DNA of 42,002 nucleotides from a virus (Duplodnaviria; Heunggongvirae; Uroviricota; Caudoviricetes): IMG/VR virus record IMGVR_UViG_2563366918_000005; one strand, 5' to 3'. Shown piece by piece: positions 27,865 to 35,848 of this stretch (position 1 is its first letter; each line of letters starts with the position of its first letter). The notes under the pieces were generated by a model. It saw only the letters and a program-made list of their open reading frames with translations, ran no database searches and was not told where the DNA came from. The position numbers and the translations under genes were made by a program.

Positions 27865-29340
27865 CTAAGCATATGGATCGTACTCGGTAAGCGCCTTGCC
27901 TTGCTGGTTCTGCTGCCCGGGAAGTCGCAGGCGCTTTGACACCGGGAAAGCAAACGTCAGCAGTAGCGCATCGCCTTTACCAGGCGAACGCCCAAGTCGT
28001 TCTTTGATATCTTCCTTCGGTTCGATAACGATTTTACCGTCCACGCGAACTTTGTACTCTGCCGCCGACAGATCGTCCGCTGTTTCCTGGTCATCCAGCA
28101 TCCCGCCCAACCTCAGCCATGTCTTGCATGAGTTGAACATCTCCCCGCGCTTGTTGAGCATCTGAGGGTCAGTTGACGCACCACCGAACGGAACAAGTTG
28201 CCATGTGCGCCCCCAGCCGTCACCGATTGACTTCAGACCGGTTCCGTAACCGAAGTCGATGAACACCGCGTCAGCCTGATACTGGTCTTCAAAGTCAGCG
28301 ATACGCTTCGCCATAATCAGATCGTCAGTGGTCTTGTTGCCAGTCCATAGCACCTTACTATGCAACCCCTGCCGCAGGTATATCACCGCGTCATCAACGC
28401 CTGAATATGCCGGGTCAACACCGATTATCACCGGAGCATGTGCCACCTGCGCAGCGGTTACCACCCGTTTCATTGCCTCATCAGTAAGACCGGTAGGGAT
28501 AAACTGCAATTCAGATGCATCAGGGAATATGCCGCGCACACGGATTTTAACGAAGTCGCTGTCTTCCCCGTAGTCATCAACCCATTTCTGCAACTGCTGT
28601 TTGTTAGTACCTTCCACCGTCCGGCTGTCAATCTGCGCAGTTTTCCAGCGGTGTTTGTATTTGCGGAAACATTCGCGAAAACGCCCGGTATTACGTGTAG
28701 GGTTTCCGAACGCCACCCAGATAATCTCAGTGTCTTCGTCCGTAAGCGCACCCTCAGCAACTTCCCACACCAGATCCGCAATGTTCGACGCTTCATCGAA
28801 TACCACGATGATGCGTTTGCGCTCGTTGTGTAGTCCGGCGAATGCCTCAGTGTTGTGCTCAGACCAGGGGATTGCGTCAGCTCGCCACCGCTTGTCGTGC
28901 CCAGGATCATTGCTGTACATCGCGGTAGCGGTACAGGTAAACCAGTCTTTCGTGATAGCAAGGTTCGACCACTTGATAATTTCCGGCCAGGTCTTCGTTC
29001 GTAGCTGGTTGTCGGTGTTGGCGGTCACCACGACCTTACAATCCTCGCAAGTGGACATGCCCCAGTTGATCAGCATTGAGATGAATGCGGATTTACCAAT
29101 ACCGTGACCAGAAGCACGTGCCAGCATAAGCGGCTGATAACGCGTCTCTGGATTCTGCAGGTGATCACGTATCTCTCGGAACGCATCGGCCTGCCACTGA
29201 CGTGGGCCGGTAGCATGTGCCAGTTCAGTCCCCTCTTCCCCCCACGGGAACGCATAGAGGGCATAGCCAAGCGGATCGTGAGTGAACCCTGCAATATCCT
29301 CGATTAACTGCTCTTCAGGAGATAACGCTGTATCTGTCAC
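27865..29340 (-). CDS. Terminase large subunit
   Basis: Walker A ARASGHGIGKSAF. Size 491 aa. C-terminal nuclease-type acidic motifs. Start overlaps the terS stop. Confidence 0.8.
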   Translation of the reverse strand: MTDTALSPEEQLIEDIAGFTHDPLGYALYAFPWGEEGTELAHATGPRQWQADAFREIRDHLQNPETRYQPLMLARASGHGIGKSAFISMLINWGMSTCEDCKVVVTANTDNQLRTKTWPEIIKWSNLAITKDWFTCTATAMYSNDPGHDKRWRADAIPWSEHNTEAFAGLHNERKRIIVVFDEASNIADLVWEVAEGALTDEDTEIIWVAFGNPTRNTGRFRECFRKYKHRWKTAQIDSRTVEGTNKQQLQKWVDDYGEDSDFVKIRVRGIFPDASELQFIPTGLTDEAMKRVVTAAQVAHAPVIIGVDPAYSGVDDAVIYLRQGLHSKVLWTGNKTTDDLIMAKRIADFEDQYQADAVFIDFGYGTGLKSIGDGWGRTWQLVPFGGASTDPQMLNKRGEMFNSCKTWLRLGGMLDDQETADDLSAAEYKVRVDGKIVIEPKEDIKERLGRSPGKGDALLLTFAFPVSKRLRLPGQQNQQGKALTEYDPYA

Positions 29341-29933
29341 TGATTACCATCCTGACGTTCTTTGAGTCGCTTCCTGGCTGCTGCTATGCGATCAGCAATT
29401 GTCACATTCACATTAACATCCAGACGTTCTTTGAACGCGTTGACATCAACATGCTTACCAATCAGCTCAAGGTTCTTCACCTTGTCAGGCCATTTAATTT
29501 TTTTGAGGATTGTCTCTATCGAATCCTCGTTCATGTTCATGATGGTCGATGACAAATCAAAGCCACTAAGCGTAGTGCGCCAGATTTTCGGCCACTCACG
29601 GATTGGTTTAAGGCTCCCATCGTCGTTGAGGATGTCGATCACGTCCATCTGGTCGATCTGCACCAGGCGCATGAGAACGTAATCAGCACTGACGCGCATT
29701 CGTTTGTTGCGCTCCTCCATCAACTCGGCAATCCGTTTTTGAATGCGTTCATCGCGCATCATGACACTGGCTTTAACTGCCGCTGTATTTGGGGAGAATC
29801 CTGCGTTAATCGCTGCCTGAGTCTGGTTTTCAGGCGTTTTGATGTATGACTGGCAATAAGCCTCCTGCATTGCTGTTAGTGGCTTAAATTGCGTTGATTT
29901 GCGTTTATAGGTTTTAGGTTCAGCAGGCATCAT
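29337..29933 (-). CDS. Terminase small subunit (alternative upstream start at 30011)
   Basis: Start placed at the Met pair 29933/29930, preceded by GGTGG. A palindrome copy lies just upstream. Position 5' of terL. Confidence 0.55.
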   Translation of the reverse strand: MMPAEPKTYKRKSTQFKPLTAMQEAYCQSYIKTPENQTQAAINAGFSPNTAAVKASVMMRDERIQKRIAELMEERNKRMRVSADYVLMRLVQIDQMDVIDILNDDGSLKPIREWPKIWRTTLSGFDLSSTIMNMNEDSIETILKKIKWPDKVKNLELIGKHVDVNAFKERLDVNVNVTIADRIAAARKRLKERQDGNQ

Positions 29934-29950
29934 AACCACCGTGGTAATAG

Positions 29951-29965
29951 TTACCGTTGTGGTAA
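29951..29965. promoter_or_regulatory. Dispersed palindrome copy 6: TTACCGTTGTGGTAA, at the head of the terminase/late operon
   Basis: Perfect arms. Flanked by a second GGTAAT half-site (29943-29948). Confidence 0.55.
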
Positions 29966-30043
29966 TAGTACCATGCAAAATAAAGCCGCCATAGTTGGCG
30001 GCAGTATTCAAAACCCATCAAATTCATCATGCATAATCTACTC

Positions 30044-30055
30044 GTGACATGTCAC
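30044..30055. repeat. Perfect 12-bp palindrome GTGACATGTCAC (second copy at 9068..9079)
   Basis: Both copies span the TGA stop of a minus-strand gene (30052 and 9076). Confidence 0.5.
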
Positions 30056-30390
30056 ACTATTAATTTCGTTTCATGCCAGCCTTTAGTCACCCAGCATTGC
30101 GAGTCACCATTACACGGGCATGAATTAACTGGAACTCTCTCGCCGCACTTACCGCAACATTTTCTGCTGATCGATTTTATACGCCCGCGCACGCGTGCAT
30201 CATCCTGGCGGATCAGTAACGCTATATACTCACCAAATTCGTAAGGCGCACGCCCGGGGCGACGCGTGGCACAGTTACGCTCCAGCATTTCAATTTCCTG
30301 AGCATCAAGCACAATTTCCAGCTTACGCACACCAGATGCAGCTTGTCTGGCTCTCTGAGCGGCTTTGCGCTCTGCTGCTGATTTAGCCAT
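30052..30390 (-). CDS. Zinc-ribbon protein (CCGKCG...CPCNGDSQC) with basic N-terminus, last early-left gene before terS
   Basis: Cys cluster at the C-terminus. Position is analogous to a late-gene regulator (inference only). Confidence 0.4.
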   Translation of the reverse strand: MAKSAAERKAAQRARQAASGVRKLEIVLDAQEIEMLERNCATRRPGRAPYEFGEYIALLIRQDDARVRGRIKSISRKCCGKCGERVPVNSCPCNGDSQCWVTKGWHETKLIV

Positions 30391-30736
30391 TCTGATTTTC
30401 CTGCATCATGAGGAAGACAATCATGGCGGCGCGGAGAACATTTTCATGCTCATGCTCCCAAATATGGTTGGCAGAAGCACCGTGCAAACCGCTTTCGTTC
30501 CAGTCCCAGAGAATGTTAACTCCGTTATCAGCAATAATCGGCCATGAGGCGCTCGGATCATTGCAGTAGTCAGGTAAAGGGTTTAATGGCTCGAAAGTTG
30601 TATCAGCATTTCCGTAATACCATTTGTTGGTGTTATTCCCTGACGTTTCCGGTTTACATGCCCAAAGGCCTTTAAAAATTATGTCTCCTACCATTCTGTT
30701 AATTTCAAAATCACTTAACTGTGAATAGTCCATCAT
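30383..30736 (-). CDS. NinX/DUF2591-like phage protein
   Basis: N-terminus MMDYSQLSDFEINRMVGDII resembles the NinX family from memory. Confidence 0.35.
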   Translation of the reverse strand: MMDYSQLSDFEINRMVGDIIFKGLWACKPETSGNNTNKWYYGNADTTFEPLNPLPDYCNDPSASWPIIADNGVNILWDWNESGLHGASANHIWEHEHENVLRAAMIVFLMMQENQNG

Positions 30737-31437
30737 TTCGCCACCTTCGGAGGTTCTGGTAGCGGCATCCAGTGGGTTACACCGCCAATTGGCTCATCGT
30801 CGTCGTACTCCAATGCGGCTATATAGAACCCGTCACGACGAGAATAAGAAATCCCTGACATTACAATGCCATCCGAAACAACAATAATGTCACCCGTTTC
30901 TTCCGGCATTCTCTCACTACAGCTTATCCAACCATCCGGAGTTACCGGAGAGTTGCCCGACAGCTTGTTCAACTTGTAAGTCTGGCTTACAGGTTTGGCA
31001 CCATGAAGCATGGCGTCGCTCCGCTCTATGCCATCCAGCGCGATTCGCAGTGCCTGAATTGTGGTAATGCTATCGTTTGGGGCTATTCCATATCGCTCGA
31101 ATACAGCGATATGACCGCGCATAATCTCAGGCGTAAGCTCTTTGTAAGCATAAGCAAGCGACCCTGATGCCTCATCCGGCACAACCGACGCAGGCGCGGC
31201 AGCATAAACAGGAATAACGTCCGCTTGCTCTTTATTGCTTTCATCCGTTAAAGCCCAGAATAATTTCCCGGCCGGATGTTTGAAAATATAAGCAACTGGT
31301 TCTGCTTCCAGCGATGCCAGAGCAATTCGTGCCAGTTCTTCCGCTTCTTCTGCTGGCAGTACAACGTTGCTACCAGGTCCGTATGTTTCGCGCCACTGTT
31401 TGATTGTCAGTAGTCGCTCTTTGGTAATAGTGGTCAT
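30733..31437 (-). CDS. DUF551-domain phage protein
   Basis: C-terminal WISCSERMPEE...VTHWMPLPEPP is typical of DUF551. Confidence 0.45.
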   Translation of the reverse strand: MTTITKERLLTIKQWRETYGPGSNVVLPAEEAEELARIALASLEAEPVAYIFKHPAGKLFWALTDESNKEQADVIPVYAAAPASVVPDEASGSLAYAYKELTPEIMRGHIAVFERYGIAPNDSITTIQALRIALDGIERSDAMLHGAKPVSQTYKLNKLSGNSPVTPDGWISCSERMPEETGDIIVVSDGIVMSGISYSRRDGFYIAALEYDDDEPIGGVTHWMPLPEPPKVAK

Positions 31438-31439
31438 AG

Positions 31440-31664
31440 CTATTTCACCTTAATCTCAACATTTCGCAGCTTTAGCTCTACTGGCAGGTCTGACTTTCCG
31501 GTTAATGCTAATGCGAGATTTTCTGGAGTAATGAGAGCCGTTATTGTTTTCCCCATCGCCAGACGAATAGTCATTCGTATCTCGCGATCGTCACATGCTC
31601 CCGGTCGAACAATTGAGATTTGTCCGTTCATATCACTCTCCTTTGATGCGAATGCCTGTTGCAA
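31440..31664 (-). CDS. Hypothetical early protein (74 aa)
   Basis: Tightly packed operon ORF. Confidence 0.35.
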   Translation of the reverse strand: MQQAFASKESDMNGQISIVRPGACDDREIRMTIRLAMGKTITALITPENLALALTGKSDLPVELKLRNVEIKVK

Positions 31665-32118
31665 TGCTGTTTATGATGCTGTCAGTGCATGGGGTAGAAA
31701 GCTGGGCATCTCCAACAATTTTCATGACCTCAACATCTGCATATCGAATACCGAGGTGTATCAGACCGGCTATGCCTGACTTAAGCCGAGCATTTTCCAT
31801 AAATAGAACTTTTGCCCGCTGTTTTTCTGCTTCAAGCTCAACGCGCAGCTTCCCTACCGTTAGCGCAATTTCCTCGTTCTCCTGGTCGCGGCGTTTGATG
31901 TATTGCTGGTTTCTTTCCCGTTCATCCAGTAGTGCCAGCACGGTTTCTGGTCCGGCCAGAAATTTGAAGGCGTTGAGCGCATCAATATCCACACCGTAAT
32001 CTTTAAGTTCCTGTTCGCTTATCAGATCATCATCAACTGGCAACATTAACAGGCGTTCCATTGCCGGAATTGCACGTTCTGCCGCCTCACGCAGTGCCTG
32101 ATAGTTAATTTTGGTCAT
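31633..32118 (-). CDS. Hypothetical early protein with coiled-coil segment (161 aa)
   Basis: Operon context. Confidence 0.4.
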   Translation of the reverse strand: MTKINYQALREAAERAIPAMERLLMLPVDDDLISEQELKDYGVDIDALNAFKFLAGPETVLALLDERERNQQYIKRRDQENEEIALTVGKLRVELEAEKQRAKVLFMENARLKSGIAGLIHLGIRYADVEVMKIVGDAQLSTPCTDSIINSIATGIRIKGE

Positions 32119-32119
32119 A

Positions 32120-32419
32120 TCACATCACCCTGAAGCCGTTGCATTTACGTAAAAAATCGCAGATATAGCCCTTCATTTTTTTATGCCAATCTCGATCATT
32201 CCCATTGCACCAACCATCAGGTGGAGTCCAGTTTTCTATCAGAGCAGCCATTTTCTTTGCTTTCGCCGGAGTAGCTGTTGCGGTATCGCAGTAATGACGA
32301 GTGTCAACCAACGCATCCATACCATCGATATCAAGTACGCAAAACCATGTGTGATTCGGAATTCCTACAGGTGGTATTTGTTGCCCACGTCGGCGTTTAT
32401 CAATGAGATATACACTCAC
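32120..32419 (-). CDS. Hypothetical early protein (99 aa)
   Basis: Operon context. Confidence 0.35.
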   Translation of the reverse strand: MSVYLIDKRRRGQQIPPVGIPNHTWFCVLDIDGMDALVDTRHYCDTATATPAKAKKMAALIENWTPPDGWCNGNDRDWHKKMKGYICDFLRKCNGFRVM

Positions 32420-33000
32420 TGGTTGCCTCCTTTGCGAAGCTGGGCAGCAAAGTCACGGATAGTGTCATCAAGGTCTGGGCACAACAGATGGTCAGCAAAC
32501 ATCTCTACCCCCTGCGCACGTACTTCAGCCAGAAAAGTGTCGGTGGCTGGGGTTTCGATATTAGGTAGAAGCGCATAATCGCAAATCGTATCGATCGCAG
32601 GATCACAACAGTCATCCTCGTTGCGTGGTCGTTCGCCAACCTTCGTTGACGATTGCATGATGATTCCCCAGCAAATACTATCGACCTCTTCGCTCCATCC
32701 ATCGCAAGCATCACCGCGATAGTCGTCGATTGCAGCCTCAGCCGATTCGATAGCTTCCTCAGCAGTTTTGTGCCATTCGAAATTATGCTCAGAGCCATAT
32801 GAGAAATATGAATGTCCCGCCTTCAGCCCCGCATTCTCCGCTGCCATCGCATTAGCACGCACCAGTTGCACTTCCAGTTGCGTTGCCAAATCGCTGATCA
32901 GCTTTGCCACACTACGCATATCAACGGCACCACATTCTGCTTTCAGTTCCGAAGCCATCTCATGCCCGGCGGCAACTAACCCTTTGATATTACTTTCCAT
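32416..33000 (-). CDS. Hypothetical acidic early protein (194 aa)
   Basis: Operon context. Confidence 0.4.
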   Translation of the reverse strand: MESNIKGLVAAGHEMASELKAECGAVDMRSVAKLISDLATQLEVQLVRANAMAAENAGLKAGHSYFSYGSEHNFEWHKTAEEAIESAEAAIDDYRGDACDGWSEEVDSICWGIIMQSSTKVGERPRNEDDCCDPAIDTICDYALLPNIETPATDTFLAEVRAQGVEMFADHLLCPDLDDTIRDFAAQLRKGGNQ

Positions 33001-33061
33001 CTTTACCCTCGCTTATCCACATAACTTATTGATTACATTGATAACTAAAAAGATCGTCGAT

Positions 33062-33406
33062 TCAGAACTCTTCGATGTTCCAGCCACCACCTGCTTTCTT
33101 TGGTTTAACCGTTACCCCGATGATTCGGAACGGATACTGATCTGCGGCGACTTTGGTTTTCACCCTGGCGTCGTCGGTCCAGAAACCTTTCACTTCGTGC
33201 AGTTCCATCTCGCCGGTGGCGAGCATCACAGCAAAATCGGGCGTATAGAACGTGTTGTCAGCTAACCGCAGCTTGATACCCTCAAATCGATACCAGACGA
33301 TTTCTCCTGCACGTTTACGCAGCTCAAGGTGCTGGCAATACGCAGATTCTGTTTTGTTCATCTGTCCTGTTTTGAGTCGACCAAGAGCCTGTATCTGTTT
33401 TCTCAT
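33062..33406 (-). CDS. DUF1064-like small nuclease-fold protein (PD-(D/E)XK-like D..E.K motif)
   Basis: TPDFAVML...EMELHEVKG. Its own promoter-like region lies upstream with two palindrome copies. Confidence 0.4.
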   Translation of the reverse strand: MRKQIQALGRLKTGQMNKTESAYCQHLELRKRAGEIVWYRFEGIKLRLADNTFYTPDFAVMLATGEMELHEVKGFWTDDARVKTKVAADQYPFRIIGVTVKPKKAGGGWNIEEF

Positions 33407-33409
33407 GAT

Positions 33410-33424
33410 TTACCCCTGAGGTAA
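33410..33424. promoter_or_regulatory. Dispersed palindrome copy 7: TTACCCCTGAGGTAA (overlaps SD/5' UTR of the 33406 gene, just after a TTGATT-17-TTTAAT promoter on the minus strand)
   Basis: Perfect arms. Confidence 0.55.
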
Positions 33425-33471
33425 TTAAAAACCACATAAGACACGAAATCAATAGATTTTAGAATATTTTA

Positions 33472-33486
33472 TTACCTAACAGGTAA
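33472..33486. promoter_or_regulatory. Dispersed palindrome copy 8: TTACCTAACAGGTAA (extended ATTACC..GGTAAT)
   Basis: Perfect arms. ~10 nt beyond the -35 of the same minus-strand promoter. Confidence 0.55.
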
Positions 33487-33523
33487 TTATCGAAACGTAA
33501 AAAAATGCGCTATCGCGCTGGTA

Positions 33524-34324
33524 TTACTTGATAAATCCTGCCGCCTTTCCTCGCCTGTATTCCTCCATCAGCCACTGCGCCGGTGTTATTCCCCCAAGGG
33601 TGGCGGCGTTAGGCATGCACCCGAAACTTCGCCCTGGTGGATGGTAAACGTCTCTCCCTGTGTCCGGAGGCGTACTCATGGGTTCTGGCTTTGCCTGTAT
33701 GCTGATCACCGGATCGGGTATCTGCTGTCCGGAAGCCACCTTTTTCGCCCAATCATCGAGCAGCCTGCGCGCGTGTTTCTCAACCTCTATCTCGCTAAGC
33801 TGGCGCTGATACATTGCACGGCGGGTATCACATACGACCCAGTACATAACCGGATGCCGCCACGGGAATCTTTCGGGACCACCAGGATATAAACTTTTTT
33901 CCTTGCTGTACCGGTGAAACTCCGTCATCACATCGTCAATGGTGACGCCAAGAACCATCTTGCTGTCTTTGCACCACTTGATGAATTGCCCTGGCGACGG
34001 CCAGAACGGAGAATCACTGGCGCGGGCGTGGCGCATACCAGCAGAAACCTGTTCACGGGTTCGGATCCCCCCTTCGGCAAACGCAGCAATCCACTGCTGT
34101 TTTGCAGCAACTTCCTGCTCTGGCGTCTTCAGGTTGGTTACCACTGCCGCCGGAAACAGTTGTTTCAACTGTTTGAAAAGGGCATCAACAAGCCTCTCTG
34201 CTGACATGTTCACTACGTTGTCATTGTTGACGTACTGATGCTCATAACCTGACATGCGAGAAAGGGCTTCTCCGTCACGGTTTTGTATTGCGGTAAAAAC
34301 GTTGTTCACAAGAAATCCTCCCAT
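33524..34324 (-). CDS. Replication protein, lambda P-like (DnaB helicase loader)
   Basis: FPAAVVTNLKTPEQEVAAKQQWIAAFAEGGIRTREQVSAGMRHARASDSPFWPSPGQFIKWCK aligns with lambda P FPASLANRDQNEVNEIRRQWVLAFRENGITTMEQVNAGMRVARRQNRPFLPSPGQFVAWCR. Confidence 0.75.
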   Translation of the reverse strand: MGGFLVNNVFTAIQNRDGEALSRMSGYEHQYVNNDNVVNMSAERLVDALFKQLKQLFPAAVVTNLKTPEQEVAAKQQWIAAFAEGGIRTREQVSAGMRHARASDSPFWPSPGQFIKWCKDSKMVLGVTIDDVMTEFHRYSKEKSLYPGGPERFPWRHPVMYWVVCDTRRAMYQRQLSEIEVEKHARRLLDDWAKKVASGQQIPDPVISIQAKPEPMSTPPDTGRDVYHPPGRSFGCMPNAATLGGITPAQWLMEEYRRGKAAGFIK

Positions 34325-35097
34325 GCTTCAGGGCTGTTCCAGTGCGGAACGTTGTTATCAGGTAATGTTGATTGCTTCTGTCTGCTAATCTGCAGCCGCC
34401 TTGCCAGCTTCTGCTCCCACTGCGCCTGATGGTATGCCTTACCCTCAGCCATCCAGTAAATTCTGAACTCTGCAAGTTCCTGTGCCGTTGGCAGACTGTC
34501 CAGGTAGATCCCCTGCAATGAGCTTTTCCGAAGAAAGTCATCTGATGGTTGCCATTGTTCATGCATGACAAATTTGCCTAATTGCCCTGGCCCACCAGGA
34601 GGAACAAAGTTATTCATCACGGCGTTGTTTGCGCCGGGGTCATGAGGCACAGAATCCCCGCTTTTTGTCCTGCTCTCCCTCTCTTGGTTAAATGACTGGT
34701 TATATGACTGGTTCTGGATCCCGTTTTTGGGATCATTCAACATCCCGTTTTTGGGTATATTCCCGTTTTCGGTAACATTACCGTTTTCGGGTTCATTACC
34801 CCCTTCCCGGTTGCCTTTAATGTTCCCGTTTTTGGTTATATTAAGAGAGAAAACCCGCACTCTTTTCGTCGCTCCCTTTCTCTCTCCGGTATCTGAAATA
34901 AGCCCCATTTTCATGAGCGATATAAGCCCGGCCTGCACGGTTTTTTTATTCAGGCAAGTGTCTTTAACGAGGCGTTCTATGCTGGGGTAGCAGAGGTTAT
35001 ATTCATCGGCTCTGTCAGCCATCGAGAGCAGTATGAGCTTTAATGACGAGCTACCTGGATCTGTCTCCCAGGCCCAATCTGTTGCATGTCTGCTCAT
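34306..35097 (-). CDS. Replication initiator, lambda O-like (N-terminal HTH domain, Asn/Gly-repeat linker encoded by iteron-like repeats, C-terminal domain)
   Basis: N-terminal wHTH-like segment SLKLILLSMADRADEYNLCYPSIERLVKDTCLNKKTVQAGLISL. Sits immediately upstream of, and overlapping, the P-like gene. Internal DNA repeats. Confidence 0.6.
   Translation of the reverse strand: MSRHATDWAWETDPGSSSLKLILLSMADRADEYNLCYPSIERLVKDTCLNKKTVQAGLISLMKMGLISDTGERKGATKRVRVFSLNITKNGNIKGNREGGNEPENGNVTENGNIPKNGMLNDPKNGIQNQSYNQSFNQERESRTKSGDSVPHDPGANNAVMNNFVPPGGPGQLGKFVMHEQWQPSDDFLRKSSLQGIYLDSLPTAQELAEFRIYWMAEGKAYHQAQWEQKLARRLQISRQKQSTLPDNNVPHWNSPEAWEDFL
34728..34840. repeat. Six iteron-like direct repeats (T)CCCGTTTT(T/C)GG at ~14-19 bp spacing inside the O-like gene; candidate replication origin
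   Basis: Repeat cores start at 34730, 34744, 34762, 34780, 34806 and 34825. They encode the NGN(V/I)xENG protein repeats. Confidence 0.5.
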
Positions 35098-35112
35098 GAT
35101 TAATCTCCGCTA

Positions 35113-35313
35113 TCAGCTTGAATGTTGTGGGGAGGAATTAATCATGATCTGCTTAATCTCTGCCCTGATACGACGGTTTGATTCCATGGTGCACTCAACA
35201 CAGTGTCCGTTGTAAACCCAGCGTTCACTGTCATGTCCGTGCTTACATGTTTTTCCGGTGTAGTAGCGTTTAAGTCCGCGCTTTGCGGCATCAATACGTG
35301 TAATGATTTCCAT
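35113..35313 (-). CDS. Small zinc-finger protein (CKHGH...CVEC), 66 aa
   Basis: MEIITRIDAAKRGLKRYYTGKTCKHGHDSERWVYNGHCVECT. Start chosen at an internal Met; the ORF track extends to 35376. Confidence 0.4.
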   Translation of the reverse strand: MEIITRIDAAKRGLKRYYTGKTCKHGHDSERWVYNGHCVECTMESNRRIRAEIKQIMINSSPQHSS

Positions 35314-35393
35314 GGTAAGCCCTGTTATTAGTATTGGGATTACGGTCATTTTGTGCTGACACAAAAAAAATATCAACCAGATTTGGTTTTTTA

Positions 35394-35408
35394 TTACCTT
35401 TGAGGTAC
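35394..35408. promoter_or_regulatory. Dispersed palindrome copy 9: TTACCTTTGAGGTAC (1 mismatch), between the cro-like gene and downstream early-left genes
   Basis: Directly observed. Confidence 0.45.
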
Positions 35409-35463
35409 GAATAGATATGAAAAGACCGCCGGGTGGCGGTCTACAGAGGGTTGTGGCTGGATA

Positions 35464-35694
35464 TCATGAGTAGAAGAAGTATGCCAGTTCTGCTTTTGAG
35501 CGCAGCCATTGTCTTGTTTTACAGGCTTTAAAAAGCCCATTCATCAATACTTTACCTGGCATTTTGCGCTTACCTGTTAAGTGAGTCTGGATATAGTGAC
35601 TCGTCGTTCCGGCTTCCTGTGCGAAGGCTTCACGCTCATCCGGAGTAAGTGCAAGCCAGTGCTTTTTGAAATCGAAATGTCCGTTATCGCTCAT
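35464..35694 (-). CDS. Cro-like small HTH DNA-binding protein, first gene of the leftward early operon
   Basis: 76 aa. Divergent from the repressor across a three-operator region. Candidate HTH segment FAQEAGTTSHYIQTHLTGKRK. Confidence 0.5.
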   Translation of the reverse strand: MSDNGHFDFKKHWLALTPDEREAFAQEAGTTSHYIQTHLTGKRKMPGKVLMNGLFKACKTRQWLRSKAELAYFFYS

Positions 35695-35719
35695 AGCTAT
35701 TGCCTGATATTTATTTCAG

Positions 35720-35748
35720 ATAATAAATATTCACCCATAAGGTAACAA
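35720..35748 (-). promoter_or_regulatory. Leftward early promoter (minus strand TTGTTA-17-TATTAT) with palindrome copy 10 in its spacer
   Basis: -35 at 35743-35748, -10 at 35720-35725, both read on the minus strand. Confidence 0.35.
35731..35745. promoter_or_regulatory. Dispersed palindrome copy 10: TCACCCATAAGGTAA (1 mismatch), operator in the cro/cI divergent region
   Basis: Directly observed. Confidence 0.5.
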
Positions 35749-35761
35749 AAATCAAGGATAG

Positions 35762-35776
35762 TTACCTATGAGGTGC
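35762..35776. promoter_or_regulatory. Dispersed palindrome copy 11: TTACCTATGAGGTGC (2 mismatches), operator in the cro/cI divergent region
   Basis: Directly observed. Starts 3 bp before copy 12. Confidence 0.4.
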
Positions 35777-35778
35777 AT

Positions 35779-35793
35779 TTACCTGTTGGGTAA
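35779..35793. promoter_or_regulatory. Dispersed palindrome copy 12: TTACCTGTTGGGTAA (perfect), operator in the cro/cI divergent region
   Basis: Directly observed. Confidence 0.55.
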
Positions 35794-35848
35794 TATTGCT
35801 TTAAATTGAATCATCTACTGATTCATATATGAGGCGATTTTCCAGAAA

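Larger units (their letters stand above)
26273..27868 (+). pseudogene. AT-rich two-TM plus coiled-coil protein gene split in frame by IS1. N-fragment 26273..26536, C-fragment 27314..27868. Reconstructed product ~273 aa.
   Basis: The reading frame continues exactly across the 9-bp target duplication: ...VIAICCL | LPWVNNIINVWQAKP...MAKKDVTYDK... Two predicted TM helices in the N-fragment, heptad coiled coil in the C-fragment. ~36% GC. Confidence 0.7.

Noticed and set aside
34275-34571. 98-aa alternative-frame ORF across the O-like/P-like junction
   Set aside because: The overlapping frames are fully explained by the O-like and P-like genes.
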